A DNA stretch of 64,000 nucleotides from contig OZ024743.1 of the NCBI GenBank assembly GCA_964016885.1, positions 301,568,001 through 301,632,000 on the forward strand. The letters run 5' to 3'. Below, one piece after another: positions 12,380 through 28,793 of the stretch (its first letter is position 1; every line of letters begins with the position of its first letter). This DNA comes from Eledone cirrhosa (Eukaryota). The notes beneath the pieces were generated by a model. That model did not search any database, was not told the DNA's origin, and saw only the letters and a program-made list of their open reading frames with translations. The position numbers and the translations under genes are program-made.

Positions 12380-15300
12380 TCCTTGAATCTCAGTCATTGA
12401 TGTTGGTTAACTGGAAAGTCCGTTGGATTGAATATCAAGCCACTACCTGCAGCCTCAGATATTCAGGACGTATCGGAGGGTTCTTGCCGTTCCAAGCAAG
12501 CATGCCTTTTGAAGCGTTCCAAAAAGCGTGAAGGGGCCGATTTTCTTTAACCATCCCTGGAAACCTTTGGAGATAGTCCCCAGTGCGCCTATGACAATCG
12601 GGATCACTTTGACTTCATGGCAGTTCCAAATCCTTTTCACCTCCCACTTTAGGTCCTGGTATCGGTTAATTTTCTCCCTCTCCTTCTCTTGCACTCTCGT
12701 GTCGAACGGGCAGGCCACATCCACAATCAGGCACGATCTTTTTTCTTTGTCCACAACCACCAGGTCAGGTCTATTGTGTTCCAGTTTTTTGTCCGTCTGT
12801 ATCCTAAAATCCCACAGCACCTTCACCTGACTGTTCTCCATCACCGCCTCTGGCCTATGCTCATACCATTTCTCAGAATGTGGTAGATTGTTTACTTTGC
12901 ACAGGTGCCAGTGGATCACCCTGCCCATCACATCGTGTCTCCAGCCCTTATAGTGGGTCTGGGCTAGGTGTTTAACTCGGACACAATGTGAGCCACAGTC
13001 TCCTCTCTCTCTCCACAGATCCTGCACAGTGGGCTAGCCTCCTCCTTGTAGATATGGTGCTTCAACCACTTCGTTTTGAGGGCCTGCTCCTGCGCAGCCA
13101 TTAGCATTCCTTCTGTAGCCTTTTTGAGGTCTCCTCTTCTCAACCAGTTCCATGTCTGTGGATCTCTAAATTCAGTTTTCTCAAAGAAGGTACTATGAAG
13201 GGATTCTCCCTTAAGGCTGCTCTTCCTCCTTGATGTTATTTCCTCCTTGGGTATCCCCTGGCCTACTGTCCCCTCCTTCAGTACAGCTCTGAGCATTGGC
13301 TCCTTACTATAGGTCACGTATTTGTATAGGTTGTTTTTCTCCACCTGAACACAGTCCTCTATGCTGATAATACCTCTTCCACCCTCAGATCTCCTTAGGT
13401 AGAGTCTATCGACATCACTCCTCTTGTGGAACATGTTGTAGATAGTCAATAGCTTCCTAGTCTTCCTATCCATTTCTTTTTGTTCAGCAACATTCCATCT
13501 CAGAATTCCCGCACTGTACCTAATAATAGACACAGCTCGGGAATTTACTGCGCTTATGGCATTTCTGCTGTTCAGATGTGACTTCAATACGATCCTTACT
13601 CTCCGAATGTATTCAGTTCTTAACAATTCCTTCATTTTTTTGTTCTTTATGCCATCAGCCTCCAGAACGCCCAAATACTTGTATCCTTCCTCAGAGTCAA
13701 TTTCCTTTATCATCTCACCTGTTGGTATCTGGATCCCGTTACTTCTGCTCAACCTACCCCTCCTCATCACAATGACTCCACATTTACCAATACCAAACTG
13801 CATACATATATCACTGCTGAAAATACGGACAGTGTCAACAAGCACATCCAACTCCTTCTCACTTTTCCCGAAGAGCTTAAGATCGTCCATGAAGAGGAGG
13901 TGATTGATGGTAAGCTCTCCCCTTCCCAACTTGTATCCTGCTCTCACTTTTCGCAGCATAATGGTCAAGGGCATCAGGGCAAGGACAAACAACAGAGGGG
14001 ACAGGCTATCTCCCTGGAAGATACCTCTCTTGATCTTCACGCTTCCCAAGGATACTCCAGTTGATGTCAACTCTGTCTCCCAGGACCCCATACTCCTGCC
14101 CAGCAACTGTCTGATGTTATCTGCCACCCTGACGATCTCCAGGCTTTTTGTGATCCAGGAATGAGGCACCATGTCAAATGCCTTTCTGTAGTCTATCCAT
14201 CCCATGGCAAGATCAGTGTGTCTCCTCCTGCAATTCCCCATTACCATCTTATCAATAAGCAACTGGTCCTTTGTACCACGTGACTTCTTTCGGCATCCTT
14301 TCTGTTCGTCCGGCAACAAGTTGTTTGTGTGGAGGTGATCGTAGATTTCCTCAGACACAATGCTCGTCAACAGTTCCCACATTACGGGCAGACATGTGAT
14401 AGGTCTATAGTTGGTAACATCATTACCCTTGATTCGGTCTTTCATTATCAGAACTGTGGTACCTTTTGTCAACCACTCTGGCACCTCACCCGACACCAAG
14501 CAGTCATTGAACATGGCCGTCAGCTTCGGGTGGAGGGATGTTAAATGTTTAATCCAATACCCCTGCACACCATCTGGGCCTGGTGATTTCCAGTTGGTTA
14601 GTTTTTTGGCTTGCCCCTTAAGAGTTTCAACTGTGATACTCAAATCAGTCTGTTGCTGTGCCTGCTCACCGATCTCCCTCTGTACTGTCTCAATCCACCC
14701 TGCCTGGGCATTGTGTCTAACATCCTGCTCCCATATTCCTCTCCAGAATGTTTTAGCTTGTTCCGCCCCAGGGATCAAGTCGTTGCCTCTTTCTTTCCCC
14801 TCAAGCTGTCCAAACAGCATCTTCTGGTTGTTGTCGAACATGCGGTTCTGTTTATACTGACTGACTCTGTTCTCGTATCGCCTGATTTTGGCACTCTTTG
14901 CTACAATGCGTTGCTTCAATTCCTCTATGATAATATTTAGCTTTTTACTCCTAGTTTGGTATTTTATTTCCAGTCTATTTTTAGTGCCTATGTTTTTTAG
15001 TGTCCCATTCAGTAGTGACTCAAGCTTTTCTATGTCATTTCTCATTTCCCCGATTTGCCCACTCAGTCGCTTCTTCCACCACGGCTCTGCTCTTTCTTGT
15101 CTGTTGTTTCCTCTCGCTTTTATACCAAGTAGTTTCCTCACCGTATTTGCTGTTGCTTTGAGGATATTGTTGCACTGGTGAAGACTCCTCGCCTCAAGGT
15201 ATGGGATGACTTTGTTTACCTTAGCTGTTGTTTCTTTTAACTTTTTCCTGTCTACAAATCTTAGGTTCATAGGTCTCCCACTATCATTGTTCAACTCATC

Positions 15301-15667
15301 TACCACTAAATTTAGGATGTCAACCGAATTTTGTCCTAGCCCGTCAGCATTCATCTCCTCAGTGGCCGTATCTCTGTTCCAGGTATTATTTATCTCAGTA
15401 TTCAGATCATTGTCTGCTTCGGGTGGTTCCTCCGTTCTCAGGACCTCCTCACCTTCATTTCCCGCCGGCTCGCTTGTCTGGCATACTACACCCGCCATCT
15501 CCAAGCCATTCTCTCTGCTCAGTTCCTCCAGTTCCAGCTCGCTTATCCACCCATTAGTTCTTATTACCCGAGCCTGCCCGGCCAATATTTGTTCATCTAA
15601 TTTAAATAAACCAATCTCGTTCCAGATGTTATGCATCCGTCTCCTGTAGCCCCTCTCCTTGGGGTTA
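12380..15667 (-). mobile_element. R4/Dong-type RLE LINE copy 3 (different family, nearly intact ORF)
   Basis: 890-aa ORF 12964-15636 with RT (FMDDLKL) and CRIC...ETVAHIVS. One frameshift near 12970 into 12455-13027 (RHD, RPDLVV, DVACP). Flanked by (TAA)n. Confidence 0.93.
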
Positions 15668-15668
15668 A

Positions 15669-15719
<51 letters not shown>

Positions 15720-15929
15720 CTATTAATTATTTTTCCATTTCCTATAATCATATTCGACTTTGCTATACTAGAAGAGTACAACAGAAATGAAGGAAAGCTT
15801 AAACATATCCTCAATCTTATTCTGTCAGACAAAATGTACAAAAAACGTGGAAGATTCTGAAGAATTATATCAAGACGATAATCTATTGAAAATTGCACAC
15901 CAGAGGAAGATTAGTACATTGATGATGAG

Positions 15930-15976
15930 TTCGAAGACAATGATGTTGATGGTGATGATGATGATGATGACGCTGC

Positions 15977-16020
<44 letters not shown>

Positions 16021-16195
16021 GTGACGGTGGTTGTGGTGATGCTGATCATGATCAGGATCATGATGAGCATGGTGTTTGTGGTGAGGGTGGTGTTGATGCT
16101 AATTATTTTGCTGATGATGATGGTAATGATGACGATGGCGGCGACGATGATAATTATGGTGGTCGTGGTGGCTTTGATGACAAATATCATGATGT
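15930..16195. repeat. (GAT)n / degenerate (GAT/GGT)n trinucleotide tract
   Basis: Directly visible; explains the poly-M and poly-I ORFs. Confidence 0.9.
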
Positions 16196-16847
16196 GTAAG
16201 TGTTGCTGCGGATTGCCATTGCCAAGCGAAAACAGGAGAATTGAATAAGGTGATGAGGATTGAATAATTCACCAGGGTAGATAGATGTGCAATCAACACA
16301 TGAAGACTGGGGAATACGTGGTAAAATAAGTTAACATATAATTCCTTAGCAAAATGAATCATAAATACAGACCATTGGATATAGGGTGAAAGATAAATGC
16401 AAACATAGAGCATAATGCCATCATCAACCTCTTCAAGAACAATAACAAACGTAATAGTAAAAATCGTCAGATCTATGAATAATCTCAGTGAGAATGTTGA
16501 TAAATATCAGAATTGAAAAGGAATGGAAGTTGTCCTCGTTTTCTAATGTATATATTTAAAGCATATATTTTATATATGTATGTTCGATATCGATAGGTAT
16601 ATACCATTATGTATGAGCATAAGTAAGTGTTGCGGAAGGTGTGCTATATATCTCAACTACTAATAGTGTAATCAGAAAACTAAATAATGATGGGTGGAAT
16701 TCACTGCTTCGAAACAAATAAATATCCTCTGCTAAATGCACGGTATTCGTTATAGTTCTGTTTTGCATTTGCTTCCTTTTAATAATATACAAGTGAGTAA
16801 ATGTATATATTCACACTCACACACAGAAATGCACATGTATATGTAAA

Positions 16848-16942
16848 TTTTAAGCAAAGAATCGCTGTTTTCACCCTTAACGGGATCTTCTGAAACTCAG
16901 AAGATCCCGTTAAGGGTGAAAGCAGCGATTCTTTTCTTAAAC
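16848..16942. repeat. Near-perfect hairpin of a hammerhead-like element terminus
   Basis: ~45 bp arms around a 3-nt loop (TGA-AAC-TCA at 16891-16899). Same sequence as 59240-59302 and 3405-3452. Confidence 0.88.
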
Positions 16943-16954
16943 TTCAATCTCTTA

Positions 16955-16990
<36 letters not shown>

Positions 16991-19900
16991 TATATATATA
17001 TGTATATTTATATATATTTACATTCGTGTATGTGTGAGTGTACCTGTGTGTGTGCATGTGTGTGTGTGTGTGCATGTGTGTATGTATGTGCATGTGTGCG
17101 TGTGTGTGTGTACATAGAAACATATAAATATATATATATATATATTTACATAGGGAAATATTAAAATCTTAAGGAAAAATGGTTTTGTTATGGAAATAAA
17201 CACGGCAGTTTAATTGTATAGCCCTTTTGTAATAGATATAACTTTAGTTTGAAACATACATTCAACGGAATTACAATACAATTGTATAATAAAATTAATC
17301 TTAAAGAACATTTCTAAAACTGCCAATGCAACATTGGTGTAATTAATGTATGGATAGAATGTTAAATAGGTATTTGTGTGTGTATTTTAAATGTTTTTAT
17401 AATGCTATGTAAATTGACAGAATGAATCTCTTGGCTTTTTATTTCTATAAAGGATTATTATATGTTTTACATGTTAGTTTATCTTTTCTACGATGGATAG
17501 AAGAATTCATAGATATGTTCATAATATCGATTTTATTCAAACAAGTCTCCTTGACTGTATTAATTCTATGCAATATCCATCAGAATGAATAGTTCCGTAA
17601 AGATTTATACGAACATAATTCCTTCAAAATCTATTAACTCTAAGCTTAATGCCTAGAATTATTTCATATGCATAATTCATCCTATTATTTTGTGCAAAGT
17701 TGTAAATAACTAGTATAATTGGACTCTGGCGAGAGGTTCTCTAGCGCTTTCGTGGTTGAGCATTCACTTGTTCGAAGAATTCAACAACCAAAATCTGAAT
17801 TAAAAAATATGACTGTCCTTGATTATCTGAAGTTTACATTTACCATCATTTCCTAGTTATATAATGGCTGGACATTGAATTGCTTTTACAATCTATATCA
17901 CAATGTCTCATACAAATTCCGTTCCAAATTCTACTCTCAAAATTTCGATATGGGACACACTCTAATTTGTGATAGTACCCCTAAGTACTCAGCCATGATC
18001 ATATCTACAGGTTTATGTTTTTATTTCTTAACTTATTAATATCACACAAGGAAACATCTTATGCATCTTATATTTTCTTTCTTTAAAATATGTTTAATTC
18101 AAAAAGGTAACTTAATTGTCACTCTTCACATCTTTCATTGATTCAGATGTAATGAATATCTTCTAAGTTTAGAATTAAAACCATTAATGTTATCAACAGC
18201 TAGATAATAATTTAATCATTTATATAATATGATAGAACTTTATGTACCGTGAAAAGTTTTCCTATTTGTATATTTGCCATTGTATATTTCGTTCTGTTGA
18301 TTTCGTCAAGTGTAAGCATGTTTTCATAATAATGTAAATAGTATTACAACATGAGCACATTGCATTCTTCTATTACAACATGCACTTATTTGCATTATTG
18401 TAGTATCAATAACTTAAATGAATGTATTTGTAATTCACACACACAATTCATATAGAATATAGTGATGCATACTGATATTAATTTAGCCTCGCAAATTGTC
18501 AAACAGAAATGAACTCTAAATCAAACAACCCTATTAGTTTGGAGGGGATCCATGATCTAACATTTCTGTGAGTGTAACTATATTAGATATTTGCTATTTA
18601 ATATAAAAACTAATATTCCATTGTAAATAGGGCGCTAGTAGCAGCGTGTATAGTCAATTATACATTAACGAAACTAGATAAGTATAGCTATTTGCAAAGT
18701 TATTCGTAAATCAACTCAACACCTTTCTCTATATAAACAACAAATTATCATCGCTATGAGCGCGTATTCACGAAGCCTTATATACATGTTAGATTCGTTA
18801 AAGGAACAGCGCATTATTAGATGGTGCTCTCCGAAATAGATAGGTACATAGGTATTCAATATTAACATTAAAAACAGCATTCTCAATAACACACGCAGAG
18901 CCCAAGCAAATATGTCAACATATACACTCCCTCCACCAACAACAATAACATTTCAATGTTTCCAATTGTCATTCAGCAGAAGCATCGAGGTGTCTTGAGA
19001 TAATTTCATGTTCATCTCTCTATATTGCACTAAAAATAATCTCCTGTGAAAGAAAGAAATTACTAATACAGCGTACGTCTATTTACAAACAGGAGAGAAA
19101 CAAAAAGAAATGGCACTAAAATAAAACGGTTTTCAGCATCTCACCTTCACAGCACCAAGGGGAGAATACCTGATCACTCAATGTAGCTCTCACTCACAGA
19201 AGAGCTGATGTCACATCATCCACATTCAAAATCACCATACTTTTTAACATATATTCACATATATTATTGTGATACAAATCAAAAACAAAAAAAAATCAAA
19301 GAAACAGCGAAACATCAACAACAGCAAATATTATATCAAAACCTAAAACTGACAAACGAAAGGTAACACAAGCAATGCACACACACGGTCTCTGATAAAC
19401 ACACATACGTGGTTAGTATATTGTTTGCGTTTATTCCACTTTTTATTAATCAGTTTTGAGTATTATTCTAGACTTCGTATAACATGTCCTGTTACGCATT
19501 TATCCCAAACAATTTTCAAAGTGTGAGTATAAATAAAAATTATATACGTTAAATATTTTATATAAAGTTGAGTGAAAAAAAGTCGATACGATAACAAAAT
19601 GACAATTATATATAAAAGATATGTAGAATTCATTTTTTCTTTCATATATTATTTATAGAGATTAGTACATATGACAAAACAAATAGAACCATTATTCCGA
19701 AAGCTCATTATTATATAACATTTGAACATTTTAAAATGCATTTGTTATTTCTGATCACAAAATGGCGTCCTGTCTATCAGGTTGATGCACAATGTTATTC
19801 AAGGATTATGTATTTAATTTCGATTTTTTTTCTATTTTTGTTTCATATATTTTTCTCTTATTTCCTAACAGACACACAACTGGGTTGATAGCGTTCATAG

Positions 19901-20647
19901 AAAAAGAAAAGTCATAAACATGCTAATAAAAGTGAAACGCTTGAAGACTTTATCCCCCAAAACAACAGAAAATATAAACATTTCTTAAAATCTAATCAGA
20001 TGGCTAGATGACTCTAGGAATGTATTTCTCACATAACATTATTCTTATAGTGTAATTCAAGAAAGCACCTCAGGATTTGACATGAATATAAGATTATGTG
20101 ATTTAATGTAAGGTTTGAAAACTTTCCATTTTTTCCTAGCCTAATACGGCATACTACGCCGTGGTTCGAACAGTACAAATTAATTGGATAATTTAATAAA
20201 GAAAGTGAATTATTTAGCATCTCAGATCTTTGGAAATTACATGATAGCAATTAGAAAACCGGTACTTTTTACGCGCACAAGCATTCAAACTTCTGAAAGA
20301 TGATATTGTGCGTTTAGTTTTCAGTTAGCTCCAACAAATGGAGACTGAGTTACATGGAACATGTTTGAAACCCAGGTTCAGCGATAGGTTTTCACCTGGA
20401 TATGAAAGAGGTTATTGTTAACATATAAAAGGGGGAGCAAAAAAAGAAATTTCAAAAGTTATGCAAAATGTATATTGTTATAGCTGAATTCAGATACTAA
20501 GAGGCACGAAGGAAGCAAAACTATACCGTATTAACCCACAAATATAAATCAATTTCAGAAACGAACCAATAATGGATTCAATAGAGTAGGAATGACCTTG
20601 ATAATGATTACATGAATCGGGGGCGAATATAATAGAGATATTATATA

Positions 20648-20699
<52 letters not shown>

Positions 20700-20913
20700 T
20701 CTGTTATTTTAATAAATATTTACTCTACGGTTCTTATATATTTGATATATATTTATACTTATCGAGCCCTCTTTGGATTTTAGTCTTAACTTTATTATTA
20801 TTATTATTATTATATATATATATACCTATGTATATATATATATATATATGATATGTTGATTTAAAACTGCACTATCAACAAGTGTTTTTTAGCCTTCATA
20901 TCATGTTCTCCTG

Positions 20914-20979
20914 TTTTATCTGATGAAAACACAAATATTATTGCTTGATGATGTTTGTTTTTGAAATGCGCATAATAAA
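20914..20979 (+). ncRNA. Type I hammerhead ribozyme motif
   Basis: TTTTAT-CTGATGA-stem II-GAAA-TGCGCA-TA-ATAAAA. Homologous to the 40.7-41.0 kb foldback. Confidence 0.7.
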
Positions 20980-21108
20980 ATATATGGAACTCCTTTAACC
21001 ATCTTTTGATCTTATATTATCCATACTCCAGTCCCACAAACAGTAGAGTGCTTCTTATCCGATATCTGCATTGCTTTACTGTACTACAATAAAACTCACC
21101 TCCTACAT

Positions 21109-21165
<57 letters not shown>

Positions 21166-21166
21166 A

Positions 21167-21209
<43 letters not shown>

Positions 21210-21219
21210 ATATATATAT

Positions 21220-21297
<78 letters not shown>

Positions 21298-21299
21298 TA

Positions 21300-22045
21300 T
21301 ATATAAGAAATGCATAATCTGTAAACTAAGACCCATATTAACTGTAACACTAGAAATGTAGTATATAGCATAACATGTACTGAATAACAATGTAAAGATA
21401 AGAATATAGTGCACATAGGTGAGGCAGCTCTTAGCATAGGAGAACGGTTAAATGAACACTGGCGAGAATTCCAAGATAAAAAAGAATTATCAATACTCCA
21501 CCAACATGCTAAAATAGAACATAAGGGCAAATTAGAGAACATAGAAATATAAATTGAATCTACACACAGAACAGGCGCAATGTTTAGACAAATCACAGAG
21601 GCAATAAACATAAATGAACTCGAACCAAAATCAAACATGAATGGAATAGCAACATCACAACTTACAATTAAGGACAAAATGAAAACACACACACACATGG
21701 AACAAACAACCAACCAGTAACATGTAAATAAACAAATAAAGAAACAAATAAAAACACCCACAGACACCCGGATGTAAAACACACAAAAACAAGATGGCGT
21801 AGGACAGAACAAACAAGAGGCACAACACAAAAAAAATAAACCCCAGTCACTGAAGAGGTCACATAATGTGAGACGAACGAACTTTGACAATATATGAACA
21901 ACCGTCCGGTTATGGAACCAACCAACAAACCGGAAATTTATAAATTCTTAAATTTATGAATTAAATTTATGATAAATTGGAGTGAAAACATATGGTGCGT
22001 GTGTTTCTTATTAGCAACATGACCCTCGCAAAGCATAACAATATA
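21300..22045 (+). mobile_element. Penelope-like GIY-YIG 3' fragment with degenerate hammerhead (CTGAAGA at ~21850)
   Basis: Translation [20 protein letters not shown]...SILHQHA. 3' end GCAACATGACCCTCGCAAAGCATAACAAT matches 5100-5130. Confidence 0.72.
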
Positions 22046-22403
22046 GGTTTCAATACACGTTTTCAGATAAAGTTTCTTGCTAAACAAATTCAGAAACGAA
22101 ATATATTAATATCGTTATAGGTAATACAGTGAGAGGTTGTGAGTACTCTGTATGGTGGATAGTTTTAACGTACGGCTTTGTTTGACTCAACAAGATGTTT
22201 CCATAATTAGGTAGCGAGTTCGCGAGAATTCCCATGCAGGTTATACATGGAGTAATTATATAAATAGGCGTAGAGGTAATTTCAAGATAATTTCGTCTGT
22301 AGGCAGTATGTCGATGCTGTTGCAGACAATGGATATGTATATATATATATATATTATAAAATAACAGGAGGCTGGATTGGTGTCATTCCTTGAAAGATTT
22401 ATT

Positions 22404-22461
22404 ATACTATGATCATTTCAATGACCGGGTTCAGTATGAATCCGGTGACATCATCAGGTAT
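22404..22461 (-). ncRNA. Type I hammerhead ribozyme motif at the end of an unclassified minus-strand repeat (~22350-23690)
   Basis: Reverse complement: ATAC-CTGATGA-TGTCACCGG...CCGGTCATT-GAAA-TGATCA-TA-GTAT. Confidence 0.7.
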
Positions 22462-23714
22462 TCAAAATAAAACAAAGGAATGTTACAGATAAAATCCATG
22501 CGGGTGAAAATCAGAGACAAGAGGACGACCGATCATTTAGCAGCTTCTACCTCAGTCGGCCGCCCTCAAGTGTTGATTATTAAGTCTACTTATGACCATC
22601 TGGTGAGAGGCGCAAGCTTATAATGCGCTACTACCTCGCCGTCAAAGACAAATGTCAGCGTTGAGGTCATGCCTCAATCAAGCTGCTCATGCGCGAATAA
22701 TGTTTATTCAAAGAACATATATCTTCAACAAAGACATATAGTGGGCGACTGTATGGTATAACGTGTGGACAGAAAATTCGGTTAACAATTAGAAACGTAA
22801 AATTTATGTTTAGAGTTAGAGGATGAAATTAGTAAAATAATGTTTATGTTCGGGTTGTGAGATTTAGTTAAAGAATTTACAGAAAGAGGCTTTTATGAAA
22901 AAGTTTAAGTGTATTATAGACAGTCACAATAAATTTTCAGGGTAGGATATAGAGTAAAGATTAAGCCCTTGCTTAGCGGTCAATAACCAACGGCGACTGC
23001 ATACACCAGGAGAGCCTCTACTCACCCCCCCCCTTAAATACGTGCCAGCCGTTCCGAGCAATATCATCTAGCGGTAGAAATGGAAATTAATTTTTCTGAG
23101 CACTCCAGGAATGTAACAGTCTTAGGTGTCGGGTGTGTTATCGGGAAGTCCGCCACCGCCGGCTGGCCATCGTATATACCAAACGATTACTAGTAATTCA
23201 AACAGGAGGGGTATTTAGTGAACTGCTAGCAGAAGGAGGCATGATAGAGCTAATAGTTGTGATTAAGCCTGGAATTTAAAGGTACTATTTGGCGGTCAAA
23301 GCCGGCGGCGTGGCTGGTTCCAAGTCTGACTGGGCCCCATCGCAAAGCGGCCATTCCCAGTAATTTCGTTTACCGAAAGAAGGGGAAATTTATCTTTCGA
23401 AGCACTCAAGGAAGGCTGATCTACCCGAGCGCTCGGCGTGCAGTCGGGAAAGCCGCCAACTCCGGATCATCGCGTGTTCCCAAAATATTATTATTTATTC
23501 ACACCCGTGGTGTGAGGTTGAAAGCGGTAAAATCCGATGAAATCCGATGAAATGCGTAAATAGACTATATTTAGTCCTCAGTTAGTCCGGGTTATAAGTA
23601 GTGTGGTTCCTGGGTGGGTAGGCGGAGTGAATAAAAATAAACAGATATAATGGTACATAGGGTAATATTCTAGGGTCGTGTGCTAATGAGCACAATGATA
23701 AGTAAATAATTGTT

Positions 23715-23880
23715 TCTACATTTGTAACAAGGCCAGCAATTAACCACTGGTACTTTATTTTATCGACCCCATAAGGATGAAAGGCAAAGTTACCCTCGTC
23801 GGGATTTCAACTCAGAATGGCAAAGGCCGTAACTCGTCAAAGCATGTCGTCCGACCCTCTACCGATACTGCCAATCCACC
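23715..23880 (-). mobile_element. tRNA-headed SINE
   Basis: Reverse complement has GGTGGATTGGCAGTATCGGTAGAG (A box), GAGTTGAAATCC (B box) and central GCCTTTCATCCT...GGGGTCGATAAA...GTACCAG. Same family as 55390-55580. Confidence 0.75.
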
Positions 23881-24172
23881 GAATGAGAGTAAAGCGAAAA
23901 AGGAATAATAAGCAAAATACATAAATAAAGAGCAACATATATAAATAAAAATACATAATAAAATGCAGTCATAACTAGTGTGCTGATGCATGGAGTAACA
24001 CGGAAGTATATAAGAACATATCCTGTTATTTAAAAATAATTAACTCCGTAATCGCACCACCAACTACACAAACGAAGACGGGTGAGTTGCATTACGTTGA
24101 GGGCTCTCCATAATATTAGATCGAGGTTGACCTTACGAAATGACCTGTTCCATCCAGTGGTGAACCACCAAA

Positions 24173-25935
<1,763 letters not shown>

Positions 25936-26396
25936 ATATACTAATAATAATAAAAGTGATGTTGATGGTGATGATTACTAGAAAATGCTATTTTCATCAT
26001 TTCTAAAAATAGCAAAACAATTGATGCTTTGGATAGGATCAATTAGTAGTCGTTTGACATGCTCAACCAACCGTGACGCCTTAACTTATCAGCTTTAGTA
26101 ATTCAGTGAAACTACACACTGTTTGGTCGAAATACAGTTTGCATGATTTAGCATTCTGGAGACACTTTTCACTGTATATAAGGCACGGAATTTACCCATC
26201 TAATTACAGTTGAACATTGCAAACTTGACTATCACCACACATTATGAACCTGAAGATTGCGAAAGCATAAAAGCAAATGTTCAATTAACACCTAACATTT
26301 AATATTCCACCATACTATTTCATTCTAATACCATTATAAATGTTAAGCGATCGTAAATAAAACGAGTAAATCAGACAAAGTTGGAATTCCTTTTAT

Positions 26397-26509
<113 letters not shown>

Positions 26510-27193
26510 TATATATACATATATATATATATATACACCCACATGTCTAAATTGTGTATAACCATTTATAAATCCCATGAACATTGAGTACCTGTATCCG
26601 TTGCAAAATTTGCAATATTATCACCTGCCCGTCTTAATAACATTCGCACACTACTGTTACCGTGAGATATCACCTATCTTGTAACTGCACTACTGTCTCT
26701 GTCTTCCATCCTTGTTCCGCAACTTTCTTCAGTATTGCATATCCCTACTAAACCACTATGTCCTCTCTGTGCGCCATATATGCTGTATTAGTTTAGGTTT
26801 GCTTTTTTTAATGGATGATCTACATCACATATTTAATTAGATACCTATTCTGCAAACACTCTGTGGTGGTTCATTTTCATCTTGCAAAATACTACAGAAT
26901 AGCGCTTACAGATCGTGTTCGATAATATAACACAAACTGTTCACCAGTATATTCGGTAGCGTTCATAACAATGTATATCAATATCTACAGCCTCACAATG
27001 GTGATAGTGATGGCATTTATTGTAGAATCTTTAGATAACTGATTTTGAATACCTGTTAGATGAATTAAAGCCATGACGATCTCAAATGACCCGGTGCTAT
27101 GCTCTGTATTGAGATCTGATAACTAAAATAAATAGTGCTGCAAGGAAACACATATATCCATGCATACATACACATGCACACGCGCACATACAC

Positions 27194-27226
<33 letters not shown>

Positions 27227-28751
27227 TGTTGGGTTATATTGGCGTTATAGAAGGTCAATGCTAATTAGTATCCCTGGTCCAGCAGTAAACGAAAAGGACT
27301 GAGGGAGATGTTAGCCTCTGTAGATTCTGCTACAGAATGTTACGGTACAAACTGCAGAGGTCGTATATATATTTAAACTCTATGTGTGTATAAACGTATT
27401 GTTTATCAATATCGAGTGTCACATTAGAGATTCAATTGCCAATAAATTTTGACAAAGCGGTTATCGATATGACTTATTTAATTAAGTTATATTTATTTTC
27501 CTTCAACTAACCATATCCAGCATATCTTCTATGTAAATATGTAACATATGTTTATTCATTTAACAAAATAAAATTTTGAAATTTTGAGATAAGTAACATC
27601 TTTAACATTTTGAGATATATCTTTAAACCGACATCTTAATTGAAATGCTAAATTATTATATATTAAAGTATTAAATGATTTCATGATTAATATCATTTTA
27701 GCTGAATTAAATAATATTGCATTCCATCTCCCAATACCTTTCCGACGAAATTCGGAAATGTAATTAATTTAACTAAATATATAAGTTACTGAGAACATAT
27801 GTACATTCTCTGAAAATCAGAATTATATTTCCAAATAGCAGAGCTACATACTGTTGTTCAAGTGTAGTACATACGAGTGGGTTACGAATTGTTTCAGGTG
27901 TATACTGTGCTTGGGAAATTGGTATGCTAATTATCGTTTTACAGCTTGAACGATGTTCATAACCATCTGGGAGGCCGACATCGGTTAATGATTTTTAAGT
28001 GTGTGTGAACCATACATGTTACTGATGAATTGGGATAAAATAAAATGTGCTCAAATAAATTATTTGGTATATATTCTTAGTGGAAGATGCCTCTGTTGTA
28101 TTGAGATATTTTATTTTGATCAACCTGCCACATATGTTCCTCAACTTTGGATTTAGATTTATAAAGATATATTTACCAGGATCTTCAATTGCTTGAGGAA
28201 ATCAATGTTTTTAAATGATTCTATAAGAGGAATATAAAATATGCTTTTCTTGAGTTTAGTTTGTTGAATATATAATTATTTTAAAAAGATAAACAATGGT
28301 AGAGAATCAATCCAAATTTGATTTTCATATGTGTTATATTTGATTTTCATATGTGATATATCGGATATTTCTCCATATTACATGATATAATTTGTCATAA
28401 TATTTGAATAGGTAATCAAATGAATTTTCCCAAGTGTGCGTAGAAAAATAAATGGCCATAAATGTGTTGGTTTTCAGACATACCAAAAATAGGATGTACG
28501 CAAAGCGTGTTTAAATGAAATATATTTAAATAAGCTTTTATTTCAGATTTTATAATTCAATAATTATATCAGTTGTGAGTCAATGGTCAATTGTTAAGAT
28601 TATAAGATTAGAAACTCTACTCGATCTGGTATAAAGTCACAAGCTTATAAATTGCCCAAAATATATATTCTTAGATAAACGTATTTGATGAAAACTAAGA
28701 TGTATCACAATATATATGAGAAGTTTTAAAATCTAACAATTTGCTAACAGG

Positions 28752-28793
<42 letters not shown>

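Noticed and set aside
12331-15649. Plus-strand ORFs overlapping the RLE LINEs (and similar antisense ORFs over the other LINEs)
   Set aside because: Antisense shadows of retrotransposon coding sequence with no recognisable motifs.
17720-17780. Possible minus-strand terminal exon (acceptor then ILVVEFFEQVNAQPRKR*)
   Set aside because: Too short, no consistent upstream exon found, no recognisable domain.
28075-28225. LRR-like peptide pieces on the minus strand (FKNIDFLKQLKIL, VDQNKIS)
   Set aside because: Would need a very short intron and ends in a stop; indistinguishable from chance.
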